DNA from: Hydrolagus colliei
Lineage: Eukaryota
Length of the DNA stretch: 64,000 nucleotides
Assembly: GCA_035084275.1 (NCBI GenBank)
Contig: CM068757.1
Location: 7,812,001 to 7,876,000, forward strand
Direction: 5' to 3'
The first letter of the stretch is position 1. The number at the start of each line of letters is the position of its first letter. This document shows positions 52,451-64,000 of the stretch, piece by piece. A program made the translations under genes and the position numbers. The notes below the pieces were generated by a model. That model saw only the letters and a program-made list of their open reading frames with translations, had not been told where the DNA came from and did no database searches.

Positions 52451-54637
52451 CTATATATTATTTAATACATACAGATAGAGTACTAGTTTTGCTGCTTTTG
52501 AACAAGGCTTTCGTTGATCTAAACTTCTGTGATCTTTGATATTTCTATGTGTGAAGATTGTTCTAAGTTTACTGAATGTAAATTTCATGTGCACCTATCC
52601 TGCATTACTCCTAAAGTGTAAAATCATTATTTCTGTCATCTTCTGAAATTACTGAGGCAAATGAAAGTTATTTTTTTAAATGTGTAGGTTCACCAGTAAT
52701 ATGTATGAATGTTTAGTTGTAATGCAATCTTTAGCAACAAAGCTTCCACTCACAGTATTAGTATTCTGCATTAATACCAGCCAAATAACAGGCTTGGGTG
52801 GATTTACCGTATATTTCATTCAGTGACTTCATATGTCATTCCCAATAAGTTTGAATCTCTAAAAGCTGTCAAACATTGCACATATCAAATGGAGAGGGAT
52901 TTACTACCAGTGAACTTTTGCCTGCTATTATAATGGAAAACCACCTGCACAATACATGCCGGGTTATCACACCTGAACAGATACAGTATAAGACTGCTTT
53001 CTGTTGCTGCAGCAAGATAACAACTGGTTTGATAAAGTGTGCAAAGGGATAGTTCCGTAGCTTACACCCATTATTAGCAAGTGTAATTCCATCTGTTTCG
53101 TAACAATACAGATTAAACTTTCTTCCATCTCTTCAGTAATTTATGTTGTGCGACCATATTAAAGTCTGACTTTATGGGATAATAACTGTATTGAATTCTC
53201 CAGGGCACTGTGGCAACATTTCTGCACACTGCGGTTACTTTGGATCCTGCAATAAAAGGATTTCATTTGAAGAGCATTACCAAATTGATTTCCATGCGTA
53301 TTTTAGCACCTTTACCCTTTTTTATTTTATCCTGTGACATCCCGAGATAGCATATCCTTTTAATGTAAATGCACTCTTGGCATTGGAAAAGGAGGTATTT
53401 CTGAATTTAGGTCCGTTCATGTGAAAAATGGGTTTTGCTTTCCTCACGTGGAATATTAGAGGACTTGCTATTTTGTGGTGATTTTGCTAAACCATCAGGA
53501 ATCACATCTTTTAAAATATTTTCCAGTACCCCAGTTGGGATTGTTGTTCTTGTGATACTTAAGAAACAATAGCAACAATTAAGAATATACCACTAATACC
53601 TGTATAAATAAATAAATATATTGAGTGCTCTTTAGTGCTAGTGTTTAGCCTTTTCAAAATGCCTATGAATCATTAAAACTGCAATTTAAAATCCTAGACA
53701 TCATTCAAAGCCAGTATGCTGAAAAAATCCTTTTTTTTAAGTACCAATTCAATAATGCTAATATTTTAGTTTATGACATGAATAGAAATGTATCTTAGGT
53801 GTGAAGTGAAGTTTTCTTTTAATAGTTTTAGCTCTCTCTACCTGAAAAAAAATTAGTTACTTTGCTCCATGCTGGTTATCTGACCTGCTTTATGCCATTG
53901 AAGATGAAGCATAATCACAGTGGGTAGGAAACTCAGCAGTCAAAATGTTTTTGTTGATACGTACAATGTCAGATGCCAGCTCCTTAGTATAAACATAAAC
54001 CTTTGTAAATTTTTCGATAAGTTTGCCTCCAGCCAAAGAGCTAAACAAGAATTGAGACAGGTAATAAACAAAGTAACACACTTAATTTTTTACCAGCATT
54101 CCTTTATATTGTGTAGGAAAAGGTGTCCTTGCAGTATTTTGGTTCCTAATTGGTGAGAGGATACTATCTTGTCATGAGTTGGTTTAGTTGTGTCATAATG
54201 TTTTTTTTAGAGAAATTCCTCCTGATACTGCAAAACATCATACTGTTAGTAACATTTCAGTTGTTAGGAGATTGCCCTTTGCTAGCACTCTGATAAAACC
54301 ACTTTCCATTCTGGAAAGTATCATGCAAGTGCACATGCCTGCTGCCATTCGTATATGTCCTTGACGAGTTGAATCTGGAATGATATCATTCACTGTTTTA
54401 AGCATTGAAAACATAATGGAGGAACATTTTGTGCTTGCATCAAGATCATTTATTTAAGCATTGAATCTTGATCAGTGATCTCACTTGGTGGGAGATGAAG
54501 AGAAGTGGTTTGTTTCTTTGGAATCAGTTCAAAATTCTATTTAGATTATGTATGCATTTATCTTAGAGGCAACTTTATCGCTTATTGCCTCGTGATACTA
54601 ATATAAATCACCACTGTCCATTGTTTTTGTTCCACAG

Positions 54638-54734
54638 GTGAGACAAGGTGATAAAATAATTGAAATAACATGGATGGAACGTTATGTGGTAGATGTAGCT
54701 GCTGACTACATTAGAGTGCCACAGACTGAGTTTG
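54638..54734 (+). other. Candidate exon (97 nt), one open frame VRQGDKIIEITWMERYVVDVAADYIRVPQTEF
   Basis: Acceptor TTGTTTTTGTTCCACAG|, donor TTG|GTAAGA. Protein not recognised. Confidence 0.55.
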
Positions 54735-56083
54735 GTAAGATTTCGTAATTGCTCAAGTGATAAGTATCTTTAGATAGAAACAAGGACTACCTTGACTTAA
54801 GTTGTGCTTTCATATTTAAGGGCTGTTGTTTTAAAATTTTACAAGCAAACTAGATTTCCTATTTTGTGCAACTGTTTAAAAAGGCTTTGAGTCGCTACCC
54901 CTTGTGAAGGAAGTTATATACATGCAAACTGTGGTTGTTATAATTTAATCTACAAAATGCTTCCTAAAATGGGTGTGTATTAAATTTCTACGTAACTAAA
55001 ATGTAGTATATATCCTATGTTGGAGTGGTTTCTGTAGCAATGGCAGTTTAAGTGCTGTACTGCAAACTTGGTTATGTGATTACTACTAGCTACACCTTCA
55101 GCAGCTCTAGTGTTTTATGTGTTTCTCTCACGTCCTGCTTCCAAATCAAGTTCACTACATTCTTCTCAATCGATTGAATCCCAATAGTCTACTTGCAGTC
55201 TGCCTCCTTAAGTTTTGGTTCCTTTAAGATGCTATGATTCCAATAGTTCATTTGTTTCAGAAACCATATGCCATAATGATGTTCATTTACTGTTACTCTC
55301 CAAATCACAAGATGAAAAGGACATTCAACCCATTTGATCTCAATATTATTATAGTTTACATGATTCTTTGGGCAATAAAGCTGCAGGGAATGAAGTCCAG
55401 AGATGACGTGATCTGACACATTGCCAGTGCTAGATGAAACTACAAAAAGAACCACTCAGATTATCTATGCAAAATACTGGAGATTAGGCATTTTCTGAGA
55501 GAATCTGGTTATTGTGCAAGCAGTGCCTCTTATTGCCTGGGATTCTGAATCTTAGGGAAGAGGACAATTATAAGGCAGCTGGAAATTCTCTCCACCATAT
55601 TGTTTATGACTGTTATAAACCACAGAAGCCTCAGACTACACCCCTGCAGAGCAGCACTTACTCCCAGACAGAGCATTTATCATCACCAACTCCTTTTGAT
55701 TTTTATTAGTAAGCCAGATTTCAATTCAGTACACCTTTATGCAATTAAATTAGATCCAATGTATAACCATTCACTACTCATTTAACTACCTCCCCTAAGA
55801 ATTCCAGTAGATTTGTGAGGCATAACCTATTGCTTCAAATGTTGATTGCCCCTATGGCATCCATGCTATTTAGAAAAAGCCTAGCTGTGCTGTTCAATGA
55901 TATTCTTCATTACGGATGTTTGACTTACTGCTCTATAATTTCCTGATTCACATTTCATTTCTTGATAACTCGTATTACATTCGCATTTGCAGTACTCCAA
56001 CGCTGACCTCTTGTACAATGCTTTGTGGTTGTAGAACTCTATTTTAGGGACTACCTCATCCTATGCAAGTACACTATAAAGAC

Positions 56084-56294
56084 CCGTGGTGGCCAGCCAT
56101 GGCCCCCTGGCCGTGAAGAAGCGGCCCATTGAACATTCGTACCAGTCCAGGGGAGTCCATTCAAAATCATTGCCTTGTTTTCAGTAGCTACTGAGCAGTG
56201 ATGCCCTCATCTATAGCACAGCCATAAATGAAGAAATGTTCAGTCAAGAAAATGTATTTTGTTAGCCGACCTAAGGATTTGGCCACCACCACTG
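56084..56294. mobile_element. Non-autonomous hAT-type DNA transposon (MITE)
   Basis: Terminal inverted repeats GTGGTGGCCA / TGGCCACCAC, subterminal GCGGCCC, degenerate 8-bp flanks ending GAC. Confidence 0.55.
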
Positions 56295-59200
56295 TGGACA
56301 TTTAATGCTCTTAAGTTCTTTAATTGTGCTTGCTTACTGTCCTCAGAATATAGTTTGCTATAGGTTTCCAGATCCACTTGGAACCTGCTGTTTCGTAACC
56401 CTATAATCAAACTAAATCAAATATTATTTAATGGCTTGTTTATGCTTTAAGGAAGATACGATTAAAGGTAGACTCTCTTTCTTCACATTAATAATTATTT
56501 AAGAAGAGTGCAAGCTGCTATTTCTGGAGGGTATACTTTGAACACAATGTACTCCCAGGCTGTGTCTCTCCTTTACTTTGTCTCTTTTGATTGCTCTTAG
56601 TGCTTTTGATATTCTTGCTTTCTTATGGCAGGGCGACAATTGAGTCATTCTCACCTGATTTCTGAGAACTCTCAATTCTGCACAATTTCTGGAGTTTAGT
56701 TCTTTCATTAAATCACTCCCCATTACATTTGTCTGAAAACTTGAATTGTGCTTCACATGAAATCTCTAATAATTCAGGGGAGAGTTTTTCACTCTGGTTT
56801 AATTAAGGAACTGTACAAGCTACAGTTTGATATTCTACAGCAATGGCTCTAAAGTAACATACTTCAAATACAAAGTATTGTGCTAAAGTATTGGGCGCAA
56901 CTTATTAAGAGTAGGGGTTTATTGTAATTCAATTGGTACAGTATTTTTTAATATATTGGATGGGAGGAATAAAATGGTCCATTAAAGACAAACAATAAAG
57001 TTTTGTGCTTATGGGCCTGGCATGTGCCAGCCAAATTTTAAAGTTTGAACTATAAATATTGATATCATCGATTTTGTTTATCCTCCTGGAGTTTCTAAAC
57101 AGTTTTCCTACATAATGTTTATTTGATTCTGGCATTGCCTCATTTCAATCCAAATGTTTCCTGGCATCCAACCTACAACAAAGCAGGATTTTGTTTAAGG
57201 TATATGCACATCAATATTGCAGTAAGCCGTATTTCATGTAACTCTATAGATTCTGTGAATAATACTTTTTAACTAGGTTAGCATCTTATTAATGTATCCC
57301 CCCAAATGAATGCCAGTAACATTATTCCATTCCTAACTCTAAAGACCACTGAACCACTCTCTGTCAAGTGTTTCTTTTCTGTGCCTTGTTGCTTTTCAAT
57401 GCTTCCTATCCAAAGAGAGATTTGAGCTATATTTCTTTGCAAAGCTTTTCTTTTGTAGTCTGAAGTAAATATCAATTAACATTTGATTTTAAGATGTAAT
57501 CTTTGAACCATAGAACATAATTATTAGTGGGTGAATTATCATTAAGAAGTGATTCAGCTGACGGCAATAGCAGAGATAAATATGTGCTAAGATCTTGCAT
57601 TCCTATGGCGAGCTGAAATGACACTATTGGCCCCCTAATGAACATTTTAGTTATTTGTTAGGTCGGTAATCGTTCACTATAAGCTGATTTAAAGCACATG
57701 ATGTACTCTGTTTCAGCAGGAAACCCATTGGAACATTATTTTAACCATGGTAGATTATAGTTTGGTTATTTCATTGCATTCTGGTGCTAATACTGAGAAT
57801 TCTGATGATGTTTTAATTTGCATAAGTACACTCGTTGATAACTTTAAAAGAACTTCATTTTTATAATGGATTATCACATCAAAACATCTCACAGCACTTT
57901 ACAATAATTACTGTCAACTGTTGACTGCTTTTCTCGACAAATACTGCCGCTATTTTGCATTCATCAAAGTTCCACGAACAGCCATGGGGTAATAGATCAA
58001 TCTATCACGGGGATTGTTTGCAGTGGGTACTGAGAAAACTTGGAGTTGTTTGTGGAAAGCCGGTCCTCCTTTGTACAGTTTGATTTTGAAAACATACAAG
58101 GAAATTGTTATTTTGGTTCCCTTGCTTGCCTGGAAGACTGCATTATTGGTTGCACCACTTTCTTTGGGTCTGTACTGGATGATGTAATAAAGGGACAGTT
58201 GCTATTGGAGACCTGGGCCATTCCAGAGGTCACGCAAATAACCAGCGGATCAACTTTGCTTGAGCAACTGACTTGGAGAACTTAATTGGGAATCTCCACA
58301 CCAAAAAAAAAGCTGGTTAATAAGTAATTTTTGACAATATTATTGAGAATTCCATTAAACTGCAATCTAGTTGAAACAAGATTTCCTCAAAGTGCTGAAC
58401 AAGACTCAATCAGTGTGATATCCTTTTAGGAATTTCTACTCGTTTTCATTTAACCCTAAGTGTTGTAATTTGTACAGAATCCAGAAATAATTTACATAAA
58501 TATTAGGATATTGACTATTTGAGGGCTATTAGTGATTGATCAATGATTGATCAATGGTTACGGAAATTATACATTATGCTCTAATGCTTTAAACTGAAGC
58601 TTTATTGTTCACTCAAGTTTACCAATGTAAACCAGGAGAGAGGACAATCATTTATCAATTATAGTTGGAAACATCTTGTATTTATATTATATTTCTGAGT
58701 TAAATGTAGGTTTACTAAAGCAGACCGAAGTAAAAAAAACTTGTGTTCTCACATGTAACCACTCCTTAATCAATTTGAATGATTTGTATATTGTGGGAGT
58801 GCTCTCAATTTGTGTGATTTCCTACATTTAGCAGGTTCTGATGGGATAAGAGAAGAACACTGAATGTGCAGTTTTGCAGTTTAATGTATTTCCCCTTTTC
58901 TCTGCCTGTATAAATGTCTTCTGAATTCTGCTGTCATAGTGAAAGTCAACTGGAAGAAAATAAGTTTCCAACCTTCCTACATATGTGAGTGCCTTAGAAT
59001 GGGAATAGTCATTTTTTGTATTAAAGGAGAGGCTGTCTCTCCTCTCCTCTGAATTTGGTATCCGTAAAAGTTTCTTTCATTTTGCCGAGAGAGCAAGAGC
59101 CAATAGATATTGATGAAAGAAATACCAGCAAATTGAATAAACACATGGGACATCTGGCACAAACATAATAGTAACCAGACAACTTTGGAAAGTTTCATGG

Positions 59201-61237
59201 TAGTTTTCCAGCTAGGATTCATGAGTCTTGATGGTAAGCCAGACAGGCTGTTCAGCCATAAACAAGTTAAGTTTCCTGGGGGAGATCTGTATTTCTCTCC
59301 CCTGCCCCTTTCTGCCGGAGGATATTTGTTTTATGCAATTTTATTGTTCTTCAAATGATGAAATGTTTGGAATGGTTTCATTGGGCTTTGGGATTTTGTT
59401 TGTCAATTTATTTCTTCATGATTCCAGAATAGTAGTAATCCAATCTTCTCATCCTCAAATTGAATCGTTGCTAATCTAACAATATCTTGTGTATTCTGTC
59501 CATTTACATATCTTGATTATACGTAGTAATATGCAGTTGGTACATTTCATCTGAAAATCAAGACACCAACTCTCTTAAAGTTAATCTGGATACTTTCTTT
59601 GCATTTGGTTCTTTCATCACCTCGTTTCTTTCTGCTCACTATCATTTTCTGAAAGAATATGCAAATACAACGTTAAAAAGTCTATTATAATTTCTAGTGG
59701 TAACAAAAGGGGAATCTGTCTCTGATCAGCTGGTTATTCTGCATGCCAGCAGGCAACCACAGCTATCACTGACATTCAGAAATGTTTTAAAAAGAAAACC
59801 ATATTATCTATTATAATGAGACTGTTCCCCAGTTGGTCTACGGCTCGTATTCCATACTCTCCTCCACATCGTGCTGTGATCAGAGTGATTTCATACCGTT
59901 TTTTATCATTTGAATTTAGTAAATTTCCACTTACAATTTAATGTGTTGCTCAGCTGCAGCTTCAAAATGAAGTTCTGTAATTCAAGGGTTATTAAGCAGT
60001 TCGTGTTTAATAATTAACACCTGTCCGGGTGGTTGATTCACTCTAATGCGTTTTAATCATCAGCTGTTTTACCACTTAACATAACATTTACTTTTACTCT
60101 TGCCATAAAGTTCACTAACCAGTCTGGTTAATGCATTTCTTATGGACTTTAGTGGTGTGAATTGTGTTGAGGAACATAGATGATGATAATTTCACAAAAG
60201 CAAACAATCTGGATTTGGTGAAACAACGTTTCGTAGTAGCAAAGAATGGAAATCTAAAGAACTCCAAAGAATAAGGTACTTAAACTCTGGCAAGTTGTCC
60301 ATATAACGGCTTTGGTTCTTGTATTTAACTTGCATCTAATTTTTGTTATTTCAGCTTTTCAGTCTTGTCATAGTAAATGAGAAATGTTTGTTCTCAATTG
60401 CTTATTTTTGGAAATTAGGTTTATATATATAATATATATAGATATTTCTTCATTTGTGATGACATTGACTGAAATAAACTTATGATAGGGCCAAAAAAAT
60501 CCTAAAACGTAATTTTCCCCCAAAACTTTTCCCTGATAAATTCCACAATTAAAACAATGTGAAAGGACTCAAACATTCTAATGTGCTTGAATTTCCCAAA
60601 CCCTCTTAATGTTTCTGAGTTCAATGACACTACTAATATTGTAATATTTCTTATGGTAAATATGTGTACTTTTAGTGATGTTCACGTGAATCCCCTTGAA
60701 ATTTAAAGAAGTTCCTAAAGTAATTATACAGATTTGTAGGCAACATGGCATTAGATTTTGGCAATCGTTTGATAATATTGGATAGCATACTTGAGAGAAT
60801 TTTTAGCAGAGTTTAGGTCAGAAATACTTTCTCCCCCTTTAGATGCTTTTTGAGTAATTGTAACCATGCAAGTCTTTCATGCTCTTAGCAGCTGCTTAAA
60901 AAATCATTGACAAATTCCAAGCTGCAGGTTGCCTGTTTCTGCTTGGGCCTTTAATTATTTATCTATTAATAGACGTGACCAATACCAACTTCATTGAATT
61001 TATTAGAATAGTGGCTGTTACTATTGTCATTTAAATGCTAGGTGTATTGTAGCATAATCTGACCATGCAATATTTTCCGACAAAATTTACAAAATTGGAT
61101 TTAATATTTGTTAAACGAATCATTGTTACCTCATTTTCTAAAACACTTCATTCCAAGAACATTGTTCCCTAATGACCAACCTGGCTCCAACAATAGCTAT
61201 AAGTTTCTTAAACTCAGTTTGGAAAATAATTGAAATT

Positions 61238-61410
61238 TATAGAACAAGAGAAGGTCATACAGCCCATCGAGTCTTCACCAGTTCTCAGGGCAAGCTGTCC
61301 ATTCATTCCTGCTAACCTGTCCTACCCCATACCCTTCAAGCCTTTATCTTTTAGGTACTTGTCTATGCTCCTCTTGAAGCCACAATGGACTGTGCTTCTA
61401 TCACCTTATA
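61238..61410 (-). mobile_element. CR1 3' fragment
   Basis: ATAGAACAAGAGAAGGTCATACAGCCCATCGAGTCT..TTAGGTACTTGTCTA..CTCTTGAA is the antisense CR1 3' end pattern. Confidence 0.6.
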
Positions 61411-63289
61411 TCCCAGGGCAGCAGACTAAATGATTAGGACTTTCAGACTCGATTGGCCAAATGCCTTCCTTCTGTGCTGTAAAATTCTTTGTGTTGTACC
61501 AGATGTTATACGTGAATTGTTTGAAGCTAAAACTGGTATTTTAATCCCAGTTTCTATTAAAACTGTAACCATAATTTGTAGCAACAGATGGTGATGGAAT
61601 CACAACAACATTACGTTGCTAATTGCACTTTTATGTTGTGTATGAATATTGCAAGACATTTTAGCGGGGCAACAATGTTGCTTTAAGCCAGATTCCTTCA
61701 AATCATTAAATAATTTGATTTTAAATGCCTTCAGGGCACGCGAGATGCTACTGTGACATCGCTGCTAGAAGTTGAGAAGGTGGGCGTCTTTGTGTTGCAT
61801 TATCATGGTACACAGCAAGTCTCTGGTGTAAAGGTTCAGATTAAAATATGAACAGATAACATGTCTGCAAATAAACCTTTTAAAGTAGACTTAATTATTT
61901 GTTAGCAAGTTGTGTTATGAAAACCTAATTGACTCATTCTAAATCGCATACTAAAACTGTGCTGATAAGATAAATGGAATGACACTGCTAAATGAACTGA
62001 AATCACTTGTTATTAGTTATTAAGGACTGTGTTTCTACTTATTCACTTGTGATCCATATTGAATGAGACTCACTAAAGTATTTCTTTGCTGGGTAACTGT
62101 TGCAGAGTTACAGAGTTAATCAGAGTTACAGAGAAATGTAATTAATAAATAAATACTGTATCTTTTAATTTTTGAGGTTCTGTTTATCTCAGAGTCTGAT
62201 CAATCTTTCAAACTGTAGCAAAACTTCCCATTATCATCCCGTTTGTTATAACATTCCTCTTAGAAGTGATTTGCAGTTGCATCAAAGGGCATATATCCGA
62301 TTGTTTCCCAATATAATTCAGGTAATATGTTTCAAAATGTAACCCCAAAATGAAATGATTCATAATCATTTCATTTTGAAATATAGACCCAGACAAACTC
62401 ACCATGTTATTCCTGCCATGTTGGTGTAAATTAATTTCACTTGTGCCTGTTTAAATTGGAAGACAAATGAATTGGGATTGGGCAATATCGCCCTCCCCAC
62501 CACTTTATCCGTTAATAACAATCTACAATTTGGGGATTTTCAACTGTTGATTTAATCTCTGAAATACCCATTAAGATTCATATTTTGGATGAAGCAATAT
62601 TGCCCCCAAAAGTTAATTTAATTTAAGAGCCACAGTAATATTCAAGGGATCTGATCTTCTCAATGAGGATAATGACTGGGATTTTGCCTTTTCAACTCAG
62701 TTTTAGTTTTCTGTAACAATTGCATTAATCAAATAAATTAATTTCATGATCAAAATTAATTAAACCCCATAAGTATTCAATATCAGCAGGCATGTAGAAA
62801 ATTCAATTTTGCCATCCTTTCAAGTTCTGTATCTCAAGATGGGCAGGGCTTCTACAACCCAATTTATTCCATATCATTACAAGTTTGTTGTACGTATCTT
62901 TGGAATATAGCCTACTATTTTGTGTCATCTGCATAGAGATATATTTTGTGTTCAATTGCTCCGGCATCTTTATTTCTTCATGTTCACATAATGCTGGACT
63001 GAGAGACTCCATGGCAATGTTAAAGCACGGTGAAGATAATGGATATCCCTGTTGAGTTCCTGCTCAAATGGGATTATACTTGATAAAAATCCATTAGTGA
63101 CTACTGAGGCTTGAAGCGCCTCATTTAGTACATGTATTCTTTGCCAATTTCTCCCCTCCTTTTCTATACGTTTGAAGTCTTCCTTATGTGGGTTACACAG
63201 GTGTCAGCAGCTCACCTGGACCCTACCCAAGTGATTCTTCATGTGTGAGGCTGGACTATGAGTGCCAGAAGACTGTTTAAACGCAGAAC

Positions 63290-63540
63290 GTGTCTTAGCT
63301 GAATCTGATCCTGTCTCCCTGATGTTCTCACATTTTCCAACAGGTGATCACTAAACAGTGATGAGAAGGAAGAACGCTGCCTGATATTTTTTATTTCTTT
63401 CCCTACCTAGCCAGGTTTAGTTGATTTGTAATGATTCAACTGTTGCCCTGAAATCAACTAGCTCAGCATAGAATCCAACCTGTGGTTTTGTGTTGTGTAA
63501 ATCTCAATCCTGTATTGAATAGTGCCTTTTGCCACAGGTC
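63290..63540 (-). mobile_element. Old AmnSINE2-like fragment
   Basis: Reverse similarity to the 16060-16230 element (TCAACTAGCTCAGCATAG, CTGATATTTT..CCCTACCTAG). Confidence 0.4.
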
Positions 63541-64000
63541 ATCAGGGGAGTTGTCAGATACGTGTATTCTTAAAAAGAATCTGTGATATATGCTATTCAT
63601 ATATCTATGAAAAGGATTCACTGTTTCCTTCTATCAGGTTACAGACACATATCCAGATGGACTTTGTCTGGCACTACATTGAGGGTGAAGTGGTCCATAG
63701 TTTAGAAGAAGCCTTACATCTGACTCAAGGAAGAGGAAATATTTGTGTTTCTTATTCATCTGTTTATGGGTTGGGTTCTGACAAGTGGAATTGTTTATAG
63801 AATGCCTGAAAACAGTCCTCAGTTCAACTCAAAGGTGGTAGTATATAATATGGCAGTTTCCTTCCTTTTGACAGTTTGTCCCATATTTCCCTAGGTACAA
63901 TTTAACTACTTTTTTGTCTGATGTAAAGTATTTTCCTGATTCTTCTATTTTTCTATTTTCTATTACATTTTATTTTATGATATTTACAGAATGCTAGGTA

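Noticed and set aside
54638-54670. PDZ-like VRQGDKIIEI
   Set aside because: No NG after the motif and no other PDZ exons; too short to call.
60153-60275. Purine-rich exon-like segment ending AAG|GTACTT
   Set aside because: Weak splice sites, stops in all frames from the acceptor, not joinable in frame to the 54638 exon.

Overview
AT-rich vertebrate genomic DNA. The Deu-domain SINE and CR1/L2 content suggests a cartilaginous fish, possibly a holocephalan (inference). One complete protein-coding gene can be assembled by hand: a five-exon RERGL (RERG/RAS-like small GTPase, 205 aa, + strand, 4479-10090). A divergent pair of CTCF-like motifs at ~19.9 and ~23.3 kb follows. Near 33 kb a CpG-rich promoter with an RFX X-box lies between a (GGGT/GAGT)n repeat and a ~900 bp G-rich purine tract. 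It probably starts a long + strand transcription unit whose few candidate exons (to 33163, to 35640, 44540-44682, 54638-54734) I cannot assign to a known gene. The rest is intron or intergenic DNA with two SINE families, CR1 and L2 fragments, a hAT MITE and a decayed Penelope-like RT. Best leads: a recursive-splice-site/RS-exon configuration at 54.6 kb, a perfect 23-bp pre-miRNA-sized hairpin at 43.0 kb, and the altered catalytic motifs of RERGL. Most supplied ORFs are repeat-derived or chance. I see no evidence for a wholly new multi-gene system.
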